Assembly: GCF_006345805.1 (NCBI RefSeq)
Contig: NW_021833010.1
Span: forward strand, 1-64,000
Source: Octopus sinensis
Taxonomy: Eukaryota
DNA: 64,000 bases
Direction: 5' to 3'
Numbering within the stretch: the stretch's first letter is position 1; each line of letters begins with the position of its first letter. A program made the translations under genes and the position numbers. Of this stretch, positions 27,496 to 40,973 are shown in pieces. The notes beneath the pieces are model-generated. The model searched no databases. It worked only from the letters and a program-made list of their open reading frames with translations, and had not been told where the DNA came from.

Positions 27496-27571
27496 CTGAT
27501 TTCTCTTGTCATATTTTACATCGTAATGAGAAAAGTGGGAAAAGAGTAAGACAGTTAAAAATAAGTCGTGC

Positions 27572-27945
27572 AGGAGTGGCTGTGTGGTAAGTAGCTTACT
27601 TCCCAACCACATGGTTCCGGGTTCAGTCCCACTGCGTGGCACCTTGGGCAAGTGTATTCTACTATAGCCTCGGGCCGACCAAAGCCTTGTAAGTGGGTTT
27701 GGTAGACGGAAACTGAAAGAAGCTCGTGGTGTGTATGTGTGTGTGTGTGTACGTGTGTTAGTCCTCCAACATCACTTGATAACCGATGCTAGTGTGTTTA
27801 CGTCCCTGTAACTAAACGGTTCGGTAAAAGAACCGATAGAATAAGTACTAGCCTTACAAGGAATAAGTCCTGGGATCGATTTGCTCGACTAAAAGCGGTG
27901 CTCCGGCATTGCTGCACTCAAAGGACTGAAACAAGTACAAGCAAG
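27572..27945 (+). mobile_element. OR2-like CORE-type SINE, full length (best reference copy in the window)
   Basis: tRNA-like head (tgtgtggtaagtagc A box; gggttcagtccc B box), CORE-like ggcaccttgggcaagtg, internal (TG)n, 3' part ending gactgaaacaagta. Confidence 0.9.
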
Positions 27946-28510
27946 AATACTAGGCTTTGTAATAGGCAATGAGTTAAAAAAAAATGTTATGCGTACAGAT
28001 ACACAAGCACAGTGTGTGGTAGGAGAGGCAGGAGGAAAGGCAATAAACTGTTTCAAATTTTGGCATATGGCCAGCGATTTCGGGAAAGGAAGTAAATCGA
28101 TTATATCAACCCCAGTACTCAGCTGGTACTTATGTTATTAAGAAGAAATAAATGAGTAGTTATGGAACGAGTTCTCCAAATGGGAAATTTGTTTTATTTC
28201 ATTTCATTTTAAGGTAATAGTTTTCTTATGAAAATTAGTATTCCTTTCATCATTTCATATTAAGTACCAAGAAATTTGATAAAAAGTTAAATTGTAATTA
28301 TTGAATCTATGCCATATTTTCTGCTATTACCCATATACTTCCGACGTTACCCATCATACGATGGGTAACATACAACGATATATATGTACATACATATATG
28401 TATTTGTATGTATGCGTGTATGTATGTAGGTATATATGTATGGATGTACGTATGCGTTTATACCAACTTACTCCTCTCTTCAAAATTCCATGTACCAAAA
28501 TTTCAGACCA

Positions 28511-28602
<92 letters not shown>

Positions 28603-28603
<1 letters not shown>

Positions 28604-29063
28604 TGTTTGACTTTTGCTTTATGTCTGTACAAGTTGGCTCCAAGTCTCACCCAGAGACCTCAAGAGACAACAGGTTGGAAGTTCACGTTGTTGTTATGCC
28701 TAGTGTGCCATATATTTGGGGGGTTTTTTTTGGTGTTGTACTAGTGAATGTCTGATAAATAATTTTTTTTTTTTTAAAGTTTGTTTTAAACCTTGGGATT
28801 ACATAGAGAGTATTTTGCGTAGAATATGAGCAGTTCCCATGAGCACTATCTTTTGAATTTCTGCCATTTTGGGGTTTCCTAGTATCTGAGTTAGGTAGCA
28901 ATCAGCCCCTTTCGCTATCATTCCCAGGGCACCTATGACAACAGGTATTGTTTTAGTCTTCAGGTTCCACATTTTGCTGATTTCTATTTCAAGATCTTTA
29001 TATTTGCTCAGTTTTTGGTAGGTCTTGACAGATACGTTTATATCGATTGGGACAGTCATATCA
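28603..29063 (-). mobile_element. 5'-truncated Dong/R4-clade LINE (REL C-terminus + 3'UTR), second family
   Basis: DMTVPID...KLSKYKDLEIEISKMWNLKTKTIPVVIGALG...TAHILRKILS; (TAA)n in element sense on both sides (28512-28602 and 29065-29096). Confidence 0.9.
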
Positions 29064-29064
29064 A

Positions 29065-29173
<109 letters not shown>

Positions 29174-29460
29174 AGTATGCATGTGTATTCTAAAAAGAGA
29201 ATGACATAGATAAGTTTGTATGGGCCTACCCTAAGTGTACTTTTCTTAGTAGGGGGAAAGAAATTGAGATGACGTCTTTGATGCATTGGAGATTCTAGAA
29301 AAATCCGGATATTTTTGGGAGCCGGAGTCTCACACACACACACACACACACGTGAACACGCATGTGCGCACGTCAAAGAATCTACTTGGACTGCCTTACT
29401 ACCGGAGAAATTTTCTCGTTCAAATTTTTGTCGGAATCTTATTTTGCTCTTTATTATACC

Positions 29461-29510
<50 letters not shown>

Positions 29511-30020
29511 TAGTAGTAGTAGTAGTAGTAGCAGCAGCAGCAGCAGCGGCTGTAGTGGCTTTCGTTTTTCGCTTGTGCCATATTGCTGTCGTAGACATCT
29601 GCTCAATACCTTCTAGGGCCCCCCATGAGTACCATTGAAGTCACCACCATTATCCCCAACCACCAACATAACCATCGCCATGACCAGGCTAACAGTAAGA
29701 TTCGATTGTTTTTGTTTTTTGTATTATATTCCAGAAAGTGTAAAGCAGACATTGGAAAGTGAGAGTCGCCAACCGTCACCACTTATGATTTGACAATATC
29801 ATTCTGACTTCTGTTAGTGATAACTACATACATAGATATACATGTGTGTGTACATATATATATATACATACGTAGATATATATATGTGTGTATACATATA
29901 TATACATATATATATATAGATGCCCGTGTATGTACATATATGTGCATATATATATACGTGTATATATATAGTGTATATATATACCTACATATATATATAC
30001 ACTTACATATATCTATACAC

Positions 30021-30070
<50 letters not shown>

Positions 30071-30348
30071 ATATATGTAAATATATATATATCATGTTAT
30101 GTATTATATATATATCATATATATATTGTATATATCATATATATGTTGTATATATACATATATACATGTATATATATAGTGTATATATATACATATTATA
30201 TATATACACTACATATATATATACACATATATATATATATTTATACCTATATATATATACATATATATATATAGAGACATAGATACATATGTGTGTGTGT
30301 GTGTGTAGATATGTATGTGCATATACATATACATGTACATATGTGTAC

Positions 30349-30379
<31 letters not shown>

Positions 30380-30726
30380 ATATATACTATACCGCATATG
30401 TATACATAAATATATGTGTATATTTATGTATACTCACACACTCACACAAATATCTTTTTGACGTTCTCTCAGGTAGATATTTCTACTCATAGTCATAGCA
30501 ATTCATGCTGAGAATGCCATCATCTTCAAACAACAGGACATTGTCGTTGTCGTCATCGTCATCACCATCGTCGTGTTGGTGGTTCGATGATGCAGTCATT
30601 TTTTTTTTTTTTTTATGTACTTTCTTGTGATATTAGAATAGAAAAGTCTTTCCTGTTGACACCCTTTACTGGTTTAACCTGGCTGACGTGTGCAAACGGC
30701 TGATGTGAATTCTCAATAGATTCTTG

Positions 30727-30827
<101 letters not shown>

Positions 30828-31190
30828 GTATATATATATGTATAAATATTTGAGTCTGAAGTTTTTTATATTAATCACACGCACACACATACACACTCAC
30901 ACACCCACACACTCACAATCACACACATACATGCACACACACACACACATACTTACATATGCATATATTCACTCTTATACAAACACAGACATGTATGCGT
31001 GAATACATATGCGTCTGTGTGTGTATATACGTGTATGTATGTATAATTGTATATTATATTTATTCTACAGGAAGAGAACAGAGGCCAATAAAATTTATTA
31101 ACTTACCTAGCAAAAATAAAAATAAGAATAGTAATAATAATTTACTTCCAAAATGTCCCCTCATATGACGATTAATATACAAGTATTTAT

Positions 31191-31612
31191 AGGCGCGGCT
31201 GTGTAGCAAGACGCTTGCTTCTCAACCACACGGATCCGGGATCAGTCCCACTTCGTGGCACCTTAGGCAAATGTCTTCTACTATACCCTTGGGCTGACCT
31301 AAGTCATGTAAGTGGATTTGTTAGATGGAAACTGAAAGAAGGCCCATTGTGTATGTGTGTGCGCGCGCGTGTGTGTTTGTGACTGAGTTCGTGTCCTACC
31401 ACCATTTGACAACCGGTGTTGGTGTGTTTACGTCCCTGTAACTTAATTGTTCGTAAAAGAGACCGATAGAATAAGTACTAGAAAAAGTACTATAATAAAT
31501 AAATACTAGAGTACGTACTAAAAACAGTTTTGGGGTCGATTTGTCCGACGAAAACCCTTCAATGCGGTACCTCAGTATGGCCGCAGTCAAATGATTGAAA
31601 CAAGTAAGAGAA
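31191..31612 (+). mobile_element. OR2-like SINE, full length
   Basis: Colinear with 27572-27945. Confidence 0.88.
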
Positions 31613-31849
31613 AACGAAACAAAAGGAAAAATACAAAACTTAGCGTAAATCAGAACTGAAGTCAATTAGGATATATATACATTGTCTAAACTGTTGATTG
31701 GGGGAAAAAGATGGTTAATTCTTCTCTAACAAATGGATGGGTACTGTCTGCTCGGAAAGGTAGTTGTAATTGCATGCGCTTATATACATACACATATATA
31801 GATACATACATATATAGATGTGTGTGTGTATACATACATGTGTGTGTGT

Positions 31850-32334
31850 GGAAATGTAGATCTTCATGCAAAATATGCTTTACCGATCGATTACCGATGC
31901 CAAGTTCAGTGGAATGCCTCCGAGCATAGGGATTCGGGCTCTGTATCAAAGTTTGTCTGACGCATTCAACATTTTCCGAAGTCCGTAACGTTCGTGGCGC
32001 CCCCACCCGTCTCCTATTCATCAGTGCACCACGTGTACGAAGTGCATTCACCCAACATAAGATTGTGTTACGGGTGGGAACAACCTGATTTCGGTGAATG
32101 TAGATGTGGCGCCGAAACTCACGCCGAATTGCGGTGACAGACCATTATTCTAAACATAACTGTCATAGGCAAACACGCGATGCTCTATCGTCCACAGCGG
32201 CATGGCTTCACCTGAAAAGAAAAAAAAATGCTATGGCACACGGACCAAATGGTACCCGTCGGATTAATATGTTCCTCCCTCTGGGGCTGAGTAATAGCCA
32301 TTTTAAAAATGTCCGTCCTCTCTGCCCCACCCTG
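31850..32334 (-). mobile_element. 5' fragment of a Tc1/mariner-superfamily element (DUF4817-like HTH transposase N-terminus)
   Basis: Terminus TA|cagggtggggcag at 32334; ATG at 32203 gives MPLWTIEHRVFAYDSY...RREFRRH...VPTRNTIL.WVNALRTRG...GAPRTLRTSENVECVRQ...ILHEDLHFH, with lesions. Confidence 0.75.
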
Positions 32335-32404
32335 TACAAACCTAAACTGTTCGGCTCGTTGACAACACAAATTTTGCATCCACTTCCACCCCTGTTTCTA
32401 GGTA

Positions 32405-33696
32405 CGAGGGGCGTTCAATAAGTAATGTCTCTGGCCCACTTGCAGTATTTTTATCTAGCTGAAATTTTGCATGTGCAATTATTGATATCTCTATAGATAA
32501 AGTGGAAAATTACAGCTCTGAACTAATTGTGGTTTCTGATTTACAGGTGTTTGAACTGAGACAAGTGTGAAATGGAGCCTGTTGAGTGTCGAACAGTGAT
32601 CCGGTTTTTGTATTTCAAAGGACGCACACCACGGAAGACTTTTGCTGAAATGAAAGTAACTTATGGTGATGATGCCCCATCATATGACCTTGTAAAATGC
32701 TGGCATCGTGAATTCAAACATGATCGGAACTCTGTGGAAACAGCTCCCAGATCTGGTCGCCCCACTTCTGCCGTTGATGAGGTATCTGTCCGTCAAGTTG
32801 AGGCTGCCATTTTGGAAGCTCGACGCATAACTATTCGCCAAATAGTCCAAGAGGTCAAGATTAGTACCGGGTCTGTGGAAACTATCATTCATGACTATTT
32901 GCATATGCAAAAGGTGTCTGCCAGATGGATTCCCAGGTTGCTCACACCTTTCCAGAAACAAGAACGCGCCGAGTGCTCGGGGATGAATTTGGAGATGTTC
33001 CAAGAAGATGAGTCAAACTTTTTCAAAAGACTGATTACACAGGATGAAATCTGGGTCCATCACTATGATCCAGAGACCAAAGCCCATTCAATGCAGTGGA
33101 AGCACCGTGACTCACCTCCTCCAAAGAAGGCAAGTGTGCAGCCCTCCACTGGCAAGGTCATGCTCACAGTCTTCTGGGACCAGGACGGAGTAATGATGAC
33201 AGATTTCCTGGCAAAGGGTACCACAATTACAGGAGCCTATTATGCTTCACTTTTGAGGAAATTAAGAGAAGCTATCAAAATCAAGAGGCAGGGCAAGATC
33301 AGCAAAGGCATCCTCCTCCTGCAGGACAATGCTCCGGTCCACAACTCGCGTGTCGCCAGATCAGAAGCACAGGCGTATGGCTATGAACTCCTCCCCCATT
33401 CCCCTACTCTCCTGACCTTGCACCCTCTGATTTTCATCTCTTCCCAGCCATGAAGTTGTTTTTGAAAGGAAAGCGTTTCCCAGATGATGCAGCCTTAATT
33501 TCTGAAATTACGTCGTGGTTGGAGGACCAAGATGGGGTCTTCTACAAAAACGGTCTCCAGAGCTGCATCAAACGACGGGAGAAAGGCGTAACTCTGGGTG
33601 GTTCCTATGTAGAAAAAGACTAATAACTGCGCCAAGTTTCGTTGCTCTACTGCTATGGGAAGTGGGTCAGGGGCATTACTTATTGAACGCCCCTCG
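32405..33696 (+). mobile_element. mariner DNA transposon, full length 1292 bp
   Basis: 37-bp TIRs (first 23 bp identical, 3 mismatches in total), TA on both sides, transposase inside. Confidence 0.97.
32572..33623 (+). pseudogene. mariner DD34D transposase (~350 aa) with a single 1-bp frameshift near 33405
   Basis: WIPRLL, TQDEIW, LQDNA; after restoring one C the frame reads PYSPDLAPSDFHLF...GGSYVEKD*. 34 residues lie between the second and third D. Confidence 0.93.
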
Positions 33697-33828
33697 TACA
33701 TACTGTCAGTCAATATTCTTATTATTGTTGTTGTTGTTGTTGTTGTAGTTGTTATTATTATTACTATTGTTATTACTATTATTATTATTATTATTATCAT
33801 TATTATTTTCTTCTTCTTCTTCTTCTTC

Positions 33829-33871
<43 letters not shown>

Positions 33872-33919
33872 CATTATTATTATTATTATTATTATTATCA
33901 TTATTATCATCATCATTAA

Positions 33920-34128
33920 GGCGGCGAGCTGGCAGAAACGTTAGCACGCTGGGCGAAATGCTTACTGGTACTTTGCTCGTCGCTGCGTTTTCAGTTCAAA
34001 TTCCGCCGAGGTCGACACTGCCTTTCATCTTCTCGAGGTTGGTAAATTACTAGTGGAGTTCTGGGGTCAATACAATCGACTAGTCCCCCTCTCCCCAAAT
34101 TTCAGGTCTTGTGCGTATAGTAGAAAAG

Positions 34129-34129
<1 letters not shown>
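33920..34129 (+). mobile_element. OR1-like SINE (tail type C) embedded in (ATT)n
   Basis: ggcggcgagctggcagaaacgttagc...tttcaggtcttgtgcgtatagtagaaaaga followed by (TTA)n; (ATT/ATC)n upstream as well. Confidence 0.88.
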
Positions 34130-34191
<62 letters not shown>

Positions 34192-34273
34192 GTTTTAATT
34201 ATTATTATTATTATTTTTATTTACAGAATTTTAACTGCTCACCGTTTCTTCATATTAATATGGCGATAACAAT

Positions 34274-34315
<42 letters not shown>

Positions 34316-34460
34316 GGAAGCTATGAAAATAAACAAAAGACGAAGGCAGGTGGAAAACAAACGAACAATTAATATATATATATATATAGGGGAGAGAGAA
34401 AGAGAGAGGTGCTAACACGAAAAACTGAACTGAAGACTAACAGAGTCAACCAGACAACAA

Positions 34461-34575
<115 letters not shown>

Positions 34576-34983
34576 TTATATAATATAATATAACCAAGTC
34601 CACCACATCAAAACACTGAGGTCAGTGATAGTTGATAAAAAGACTAATAAATTAAAAATGAACCACAATCCTTTACAAGCTATGACCCCAACAAACTTCA
34701 TACATTTCTTAGAGGTGTAGTATATTCTTAGCTACATTAGTGGCAACATGGTCTCTTCTTGCTCTATTAGACCATTTGATTAAAATTATATTAATGTGTC
34801 CAACTGATTAAAAATTCTATTTATTTATTTATGCAGCTGAGGATAGCCCGGCATTTAAATTAATGTAATGATTGTTCAATTAAATAGAGCCGTTTGAAAC
34901 GGTCGTACTGCATCCCCTCTTGATATCCTGTTCCTTATTTTGATTTTATTCGCCTTACTTTGAGTTGCGTGGATAATACTGCA

Positions 34984-35057
34984 CTGATTTGGTGCTTCAA
35001 CTTAAGTACCTAATTCATCTGATTTGGTGCTTCAACTTAAGTACCTAATTCATCTGA
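34984..35057. repeat. Perfect 35-bp tandem duplication
   Basis: ctgatttggtgcttcaacttaagtacctaattcat x2, then decaying tctgaat repeats. Confidence 0.9.
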
Positions 35058-35092
35058 ATCTGAATTATCTAAATTATCTGAATTCATCTGAA

Positions 35093-35235
<143 letters not shown>

Positions 35236-35319
35236 ATAGTTATATTTTTATATGTGAGTGTATATATATATGTATATATATTTATACATGTATATATATA
35301 TATGGATGGATGGATGTAC

Positions 35320-35373
<54 letters not shown>

Positions 35374-35380
35374 TATATCG

Positions 35381-35729
35381 CAATCCGTCGTTTGCAACGA
35401 CGAGGGTCCCAGTTGAAATTAACGTGCAAGTGGCTCAGCACTCCGCATACACGTGTACCCTTAACGTAGTTCTCGAGGAGATTTAGTGTGACACAGAGTG
35501 TGACAAGGCTGGCCCTTTGAAATACGGGTACAAGAGAAACTGGAAGACAGAGAAACTTGTGGTGAAAGAGAACAGCAGAGTTCGCCACCAACCCCAGCCG
35601 GAGCATCGTGGAGCTTTAGATTTTTGGGGTTTTTTTTTTTGTTCAATAAACATTCACAACCCCCGGTCTGGGAATCAAAACCACGATCCTACGACCGCTG
35701 CCCTAACCACTGGGTTATTGCGCCTCCAC

Positions 35730-35730
<1 letters not shown>
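35381..35730 (-). mobile_element. Third-family (possibly OK-like) SINE, full length
   Basis: Reverse complement of 12587-12970. Confidence 0.85.
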
Positions 35731-35802
<72 letters not shown>

Positions 35803-36260
35803 GTGAGTGTGTGTGTGTGAGTGTGTGTGTGTGTATGTAAATGTATTTATACATACATACATACATATATATATATATATACATATACATATATGTATGT
35901 ATGTAAGTATGCATGTACACACATCGTTACATGCATAAATATAATCTTATGTTTGTATCTACATAGATAGGCACATGCACAGATGTTTGCTCGCATTCTT
36001 TTCTTTATAAAACAGTCCCAACATATACTCACAAACACACATGCGAACACGTGCACACACATACATGGACATACGTATCAGACAAGGACTCGTGCATTCA
36101 TAAATACACTCACACACACCTACACACATGACATACACATATATACACATGCATAAACCTATCAAAGCAGGGCGAGACAAACATCCGTTTGAGAGATATG
36201 TTTTCCCCCGAGCGACATAATCCTTAGACACACACACACACACACACCACACACACACAC

Positions 36261-36292
36261 ATTTTCGCATACACACATCCATATGCATACAC

Positions 36293-36332
<40 letters not shown>

Positions 36333-36355
36333 TTTCGCATACACACATCCACATG

Positions 36356-36393
<38 letters not shown>

Positions 36394-36422
36394 ACACATT
36401 TTCGCATACACACATCCACATG

Positions 36423-36455
<33 letters not shown>

Positions 36456-36490
36456 TTTCGCATACACACATCCACATGCATACACACACG
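36261..36490. repeat. Composite minisatellite: attttcgcatacacacatcca(c/t)atgcatac x4 with variable (CA)n spacers
   Basis: Units start at 36261, 36331, 36398 and 36454. Confidence 0.9.
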
Positions 36491-37341
36491 CACACACACA
36501 CACGCACGCGCACGCGCACGCACAGGGTTGATTGACTCGACACCACCATCCCATTACAACTATCGACAGCATTCCAACCCTCAGCATTTTCCCCACCGGC
36601 AGCAACACCACCACTACTCCCAACACCACCACTAACACCACTATCACAACCGCCACCACGACCACTCCCAACACCACCACCACGACCATTACCACCACCA
36701 CCTCCATCATCACGCAATTCTATTCTTCGTCTGAGTGTCAAAGTGATCTCCTTCAGTGACAAGTTTCTAATACGTCCCCTGAGTGTCGTAAAGATAAAAT
36801 GTGACTAATATGATGGTCCCTTCTGGAATGTTCCCTGATTAAAACAGGGGCCAGTGACCCCACTCTGTAGAATAATAATCTTTCGGTAAACAAAGCATGA
36901 AGTTGACAACTTTCCCTCGCAAAGTCTTTTTTACATATTCTGTCTGGCATTCAATTTCTTTATAGTCACAGTTATTTACATTGCCATGCGGACTGAGTTG
37001 CACAATAGCTTTAGAGGGAAGTTTACAGATATTAACAGACGAGCGTGTATTACAGGAAGATTGTAGAACGATGTCATCGGTCACGTGATAATATTATATA
37101 CAAATATTAATTAATATTTGCTATTCACACATACACACACAGACAGTCAGTCAGACAGACAGATAGATAGATACATAGATAACTTTTTATTGTAGCCACA
37201 CAGGGCTAAACACAGAATAAAAATGGACGAAATACAATGTAGAATTTTTTCTTTTCGAGGTGGGATGGGTGGGGCACAAAAAAAAAACGTTTGATCAATA
37301 GGGTTGTGTGGGTTGTGTGGTGTATAAAAAAGCAATATATA

Positions 37342-37389
<48 letters not shown>

Positions 37390-37510
37390 AAGGTTCACAG
37401 TTTAGGTGTAGCGTTGGAAAGAAAAACCTACAAAAAAGACCAAGGTCACCTCAGACAATTCGAAAAAGAACACATGAGTAAGTCGCCTTACTTCTCGTTG
37501 TCTCTTTTGG

Positions 37511-40500
37511 TTACAGATTTATGCTTAAAATAGTGTTGTCTTTCATACTGACCATTTTTGCCACTTTTACCCACTTTTTATTAAAACATTCGTTCGACAA
37601 AGCCTTCCTCTCTATTCTCATCCTCTTTTTCAAGTGGTACTTGAAAAAATTGACGAGAGACTGACCAGAGAGGAAGGTGTTTGTTTGCAGTCCTTTCAAA
37701 CGCGTCCACCACACACATTCTCTCACCATAGCCATCAGCGTAACGAAAACCGTTTTCCCTTCCCGTTTAAAGGAAGGTGGTGGAACAATATACACGATAG
37801 ACTCGGCCGATAGGCGAGCCCGACCTACACGTGACAACAGCTGTTCGACGAAGGACCACAGCTCTGAAATATCTGGACACTGCACGAGTGCGTGCAGAAC
37901 GGTTTCGTTGCTCTGACCGCATCTCGGGCAGGTCGGTCCGGTGTTGGCTTTCGAACCGTGTCTATAACTCTTCTCTCGAACAGGTAGTGCATCTCGATAG
38001 CACTGCCAAGCCAGGGATTTCTGGAAGTTATCCATAGGCCCCGGCCCGAACGTCGTCCTGAACAGGCAGGTTAGGAATTTCTCGTCGACGCCCAGGTTTG
38101 CCCCGAGTGTGTCGTCGGACCTCCCCTCCACTAGTCCTCTATAGAACGCTTTAGTCGTTTGTAAGTTGCACAAGTTTGACCCCGGTCGGCAGAGCTGCTG
38201 TAGAGCTTGGCGACACTCTCGGTGCCAATCGCCCAGTTTCGGTCTCTTTTTGATCCACGTTTGCAGTTCGGTCAGTGAGACGAGCTGCGGGAAGTCGCGC
38301 CTCACAAACGGCGCCCACACCTGTTCACCGTCGTCGATGAAGTTCCAGAGATGTCGCAGTCTCAGCGCATGCCTGCGCATCATCAACCACGGCATGCCCA
38401 GTCCTCCATTCAACGGATGTTGACAGCAAATGGACTTCCTCACTATCGGAACGCCACCCTTCCACAGGAAGCGGAAGAGTATGCGTTCCAGTTTGGTGAT
38501 GGTGGCGTCGGGACAAGGTACGACGGTCAGGCGGTAATCGATGACGGACGCGATGTACGCGTTCGCCACCTCCGCCCGGCCTTTTAGTTCTTATCCATTT
38601 GGAGGTCCGGACTGAACCAGACTCCGAGCAATTTAACCGGTCCGTCCGTCCAGCGTCCCACTACTGAGCCGCAGTCGGACGGCATGGGCTTGCTTCTCCA
38701 GGTGCCGAGTAGCAAACCCACAGACTTTTCCGGGTTAATCTTTGCTCCCGTCACCGTTTCGTATTTTCTTAGTGTCTCGCCTATCATCTGGATGTGTTTG
38801 TCGCTCGACACTATGACGGTGACATCGTCCGCAAATGCCGACACGCTCGTCCCGCAACCCAGTTCCCGTGGGATGCCCCTCAGTGTTGCCAGCTTCCGCA
38901 GTAGCGGCTCGAGAGTCAATACATACAGAAGCGCCGACAGGGGACATCCCTGACGGACCGAACGCGTGATGTCAAACGGTTTCGACAGGTGACCGTTCAC
39001 CCGAATTACCGATCGGATGCCGCTATACAAGGCAGCGATCCAACCGCGGAAGACGGGACCGAAGCCAGCCGCCCTGAGGACGGCCGCCAAGTACCGATTG
39101 TCGACCCTATCGAAGGCTTTAGACTGATCCAAATTTATCAGCGCCCCACCCATGCCAGGATCCTTAACTACCCTGTCCACAATGTAGCGCATCAGATGGA
39201 GGTTGTCATGTATGGTTCTGCCCGCACGGCGCATGTTTGCGCCCTGTCGACCAGTTTACCAATGACAAGCGCCAACCTCTCGGCTATTACTTTGGTCAAA
39301 ATTTTCAAATCTGCGTTGAGCAGAGTGATGGGCCTGAAATTATCTATAAAATTCCCCTTGTTTGGGTCTTTCTTCAGCAACGTCACTGCACCTCGGCTCA
39401 CGAAACCGGGGATTCTCCCGTTTTGTTGCCAGTTGCAGTAGACTGATGCCAAGAGGTCGCCAAACAAGTCTGGCATTTGACAATACAGCTCGTAGCGTAA
39501 ACCATCCAATCCAGGCGACTTATCCCTCGCGCAGCCCGCCATCGCATCCCACACGTCAGCGGCTGTGATGGGACTTTCACAACACTCCGCTTCTCTTGCC
39601 GAGAGCCGCGGCAGGTCAGTCAGGTAGGCACTGAAATCCATCCCGCGTTCCGACCCACCACTCGCACCAAACAGTCGAGCAAACTGCTGTTGAAAGGCCT
39701 CACACATCCTTTCGGGTTCGAGTAAACTGCATCCCTGTTGATCTATTAGAGACCGAATGGTGGCTCTGTTGCCACGCTGCGCCTCCGCTACCCGGGCCTC
39801 TCGCGCAGCTTCGATCCCTTCGTTCCTTAAGGCACGCATTTTAGCTCTGACGACGCAACCTTCGTGCTTGGCGTTGAGGTGTTGGTCGAGGGCCATCCTC
39901 GCAGCCAGCACGTTGGTTGCGCTGCCAGTGGTAAGTGCCTCTTCTAGTTTCTTAACCAAGTCTCCCTCTACTCTATTTCGTTCTATCGCTAATTCCTTGC
40001 TAAACCTAATTGATTCCGATTTTATTGCCATTTTCAGGGCGTACCACCAGCGGTTGTTAACGACGGCTCCCGTCAGCGCCCTTTTAATTAACTCGCTAAT
40101 CCGGTTCCTGTAAACCTGTCGCGCTAACCGCGACGTGTTCAGTTTCCAGTAACCGAGACCCTACCTATGTGTTTTATCTAAGTCGAGCGTACACGTAACA
40201 AATTTGTGATCTGTGTAGCTGACTATTTTAAATTGTGGACATCCTACACTATCCCTATCCGCTGTCCTGCATAGAATTCTATCTAGATAAGATCTCGACG
40301 ATCCGACGCGGTTTGTCCAAGATCACGTTGGCACGTTCGGATGGTCGAGTCGGAACCTGTCAGACAAATGGAAGCGTCTGAGCAGGTCTTTGAGGCTCTT
40401 ACACCCCCTTCTATTCCTATCCCTTCCCACATAATCTAGATGCGTGTCCAAGGTAGCGTTCCAATCCCCTACTAACAGTAAAGGTCTAGACGTACCCAGG

Positions 40501-40894
40501 AAAACCTCTAGACGTCTGAAGAAATCCGCCCGACCCGTTAAGGACGGTGCATAAACTGCCATCAGACGGAATGCACACCCATTTCTGCCATCCACGTCCA
40601 AGACAACCAGCCTACCCTCCGGTCTAGGAATATTGCTCTTACTTTTACATTTAGACTCTTTCGAAAAAGCACCGCGGTACCTCCACCACCCATGTTCGGC
40701 AGACAGGGAGAAAAATAAATGTCAAATTGATTGCCAAACATGGACTCGAGGGCCCGCGGCATACTGAGTCTGGTTTCACTGATAGCTACTATATCCACGT
40801 TCAGTGACTTGATGTCGTTTAGAAGGTAACCTTGCTTCCAAGCCGATGCCAAACCACGCGCATTCACACAACCTAATTTAAGCATACTTGACAT
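37511..40894 (-). pseudogene. LINE ORF2: APE endonuclease + reverse transcriptase + C-terminal zinc finger (zf-RVT-like)
   Basis: NARGL, ISETRL, VYAP, GDWNATLD, SYLDRI, TDHK; LDQSKAFDRV, VRQGCPLS, FADD; CPRCGQSNETVLHALVQC. Frameshifts near 40620 and 39225, in-frame stops near 40323 and 40167, and an apparent short deletion near 38584. Confidence 0.95.
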
Positions 40895-40973
40895 TTACGA
40901 AAATTGTGTTTTACACACTACATTAGAAGAGACAAGAGGCAAGCGGGGAGGTCACTTACTCATTTTAAAAGTT

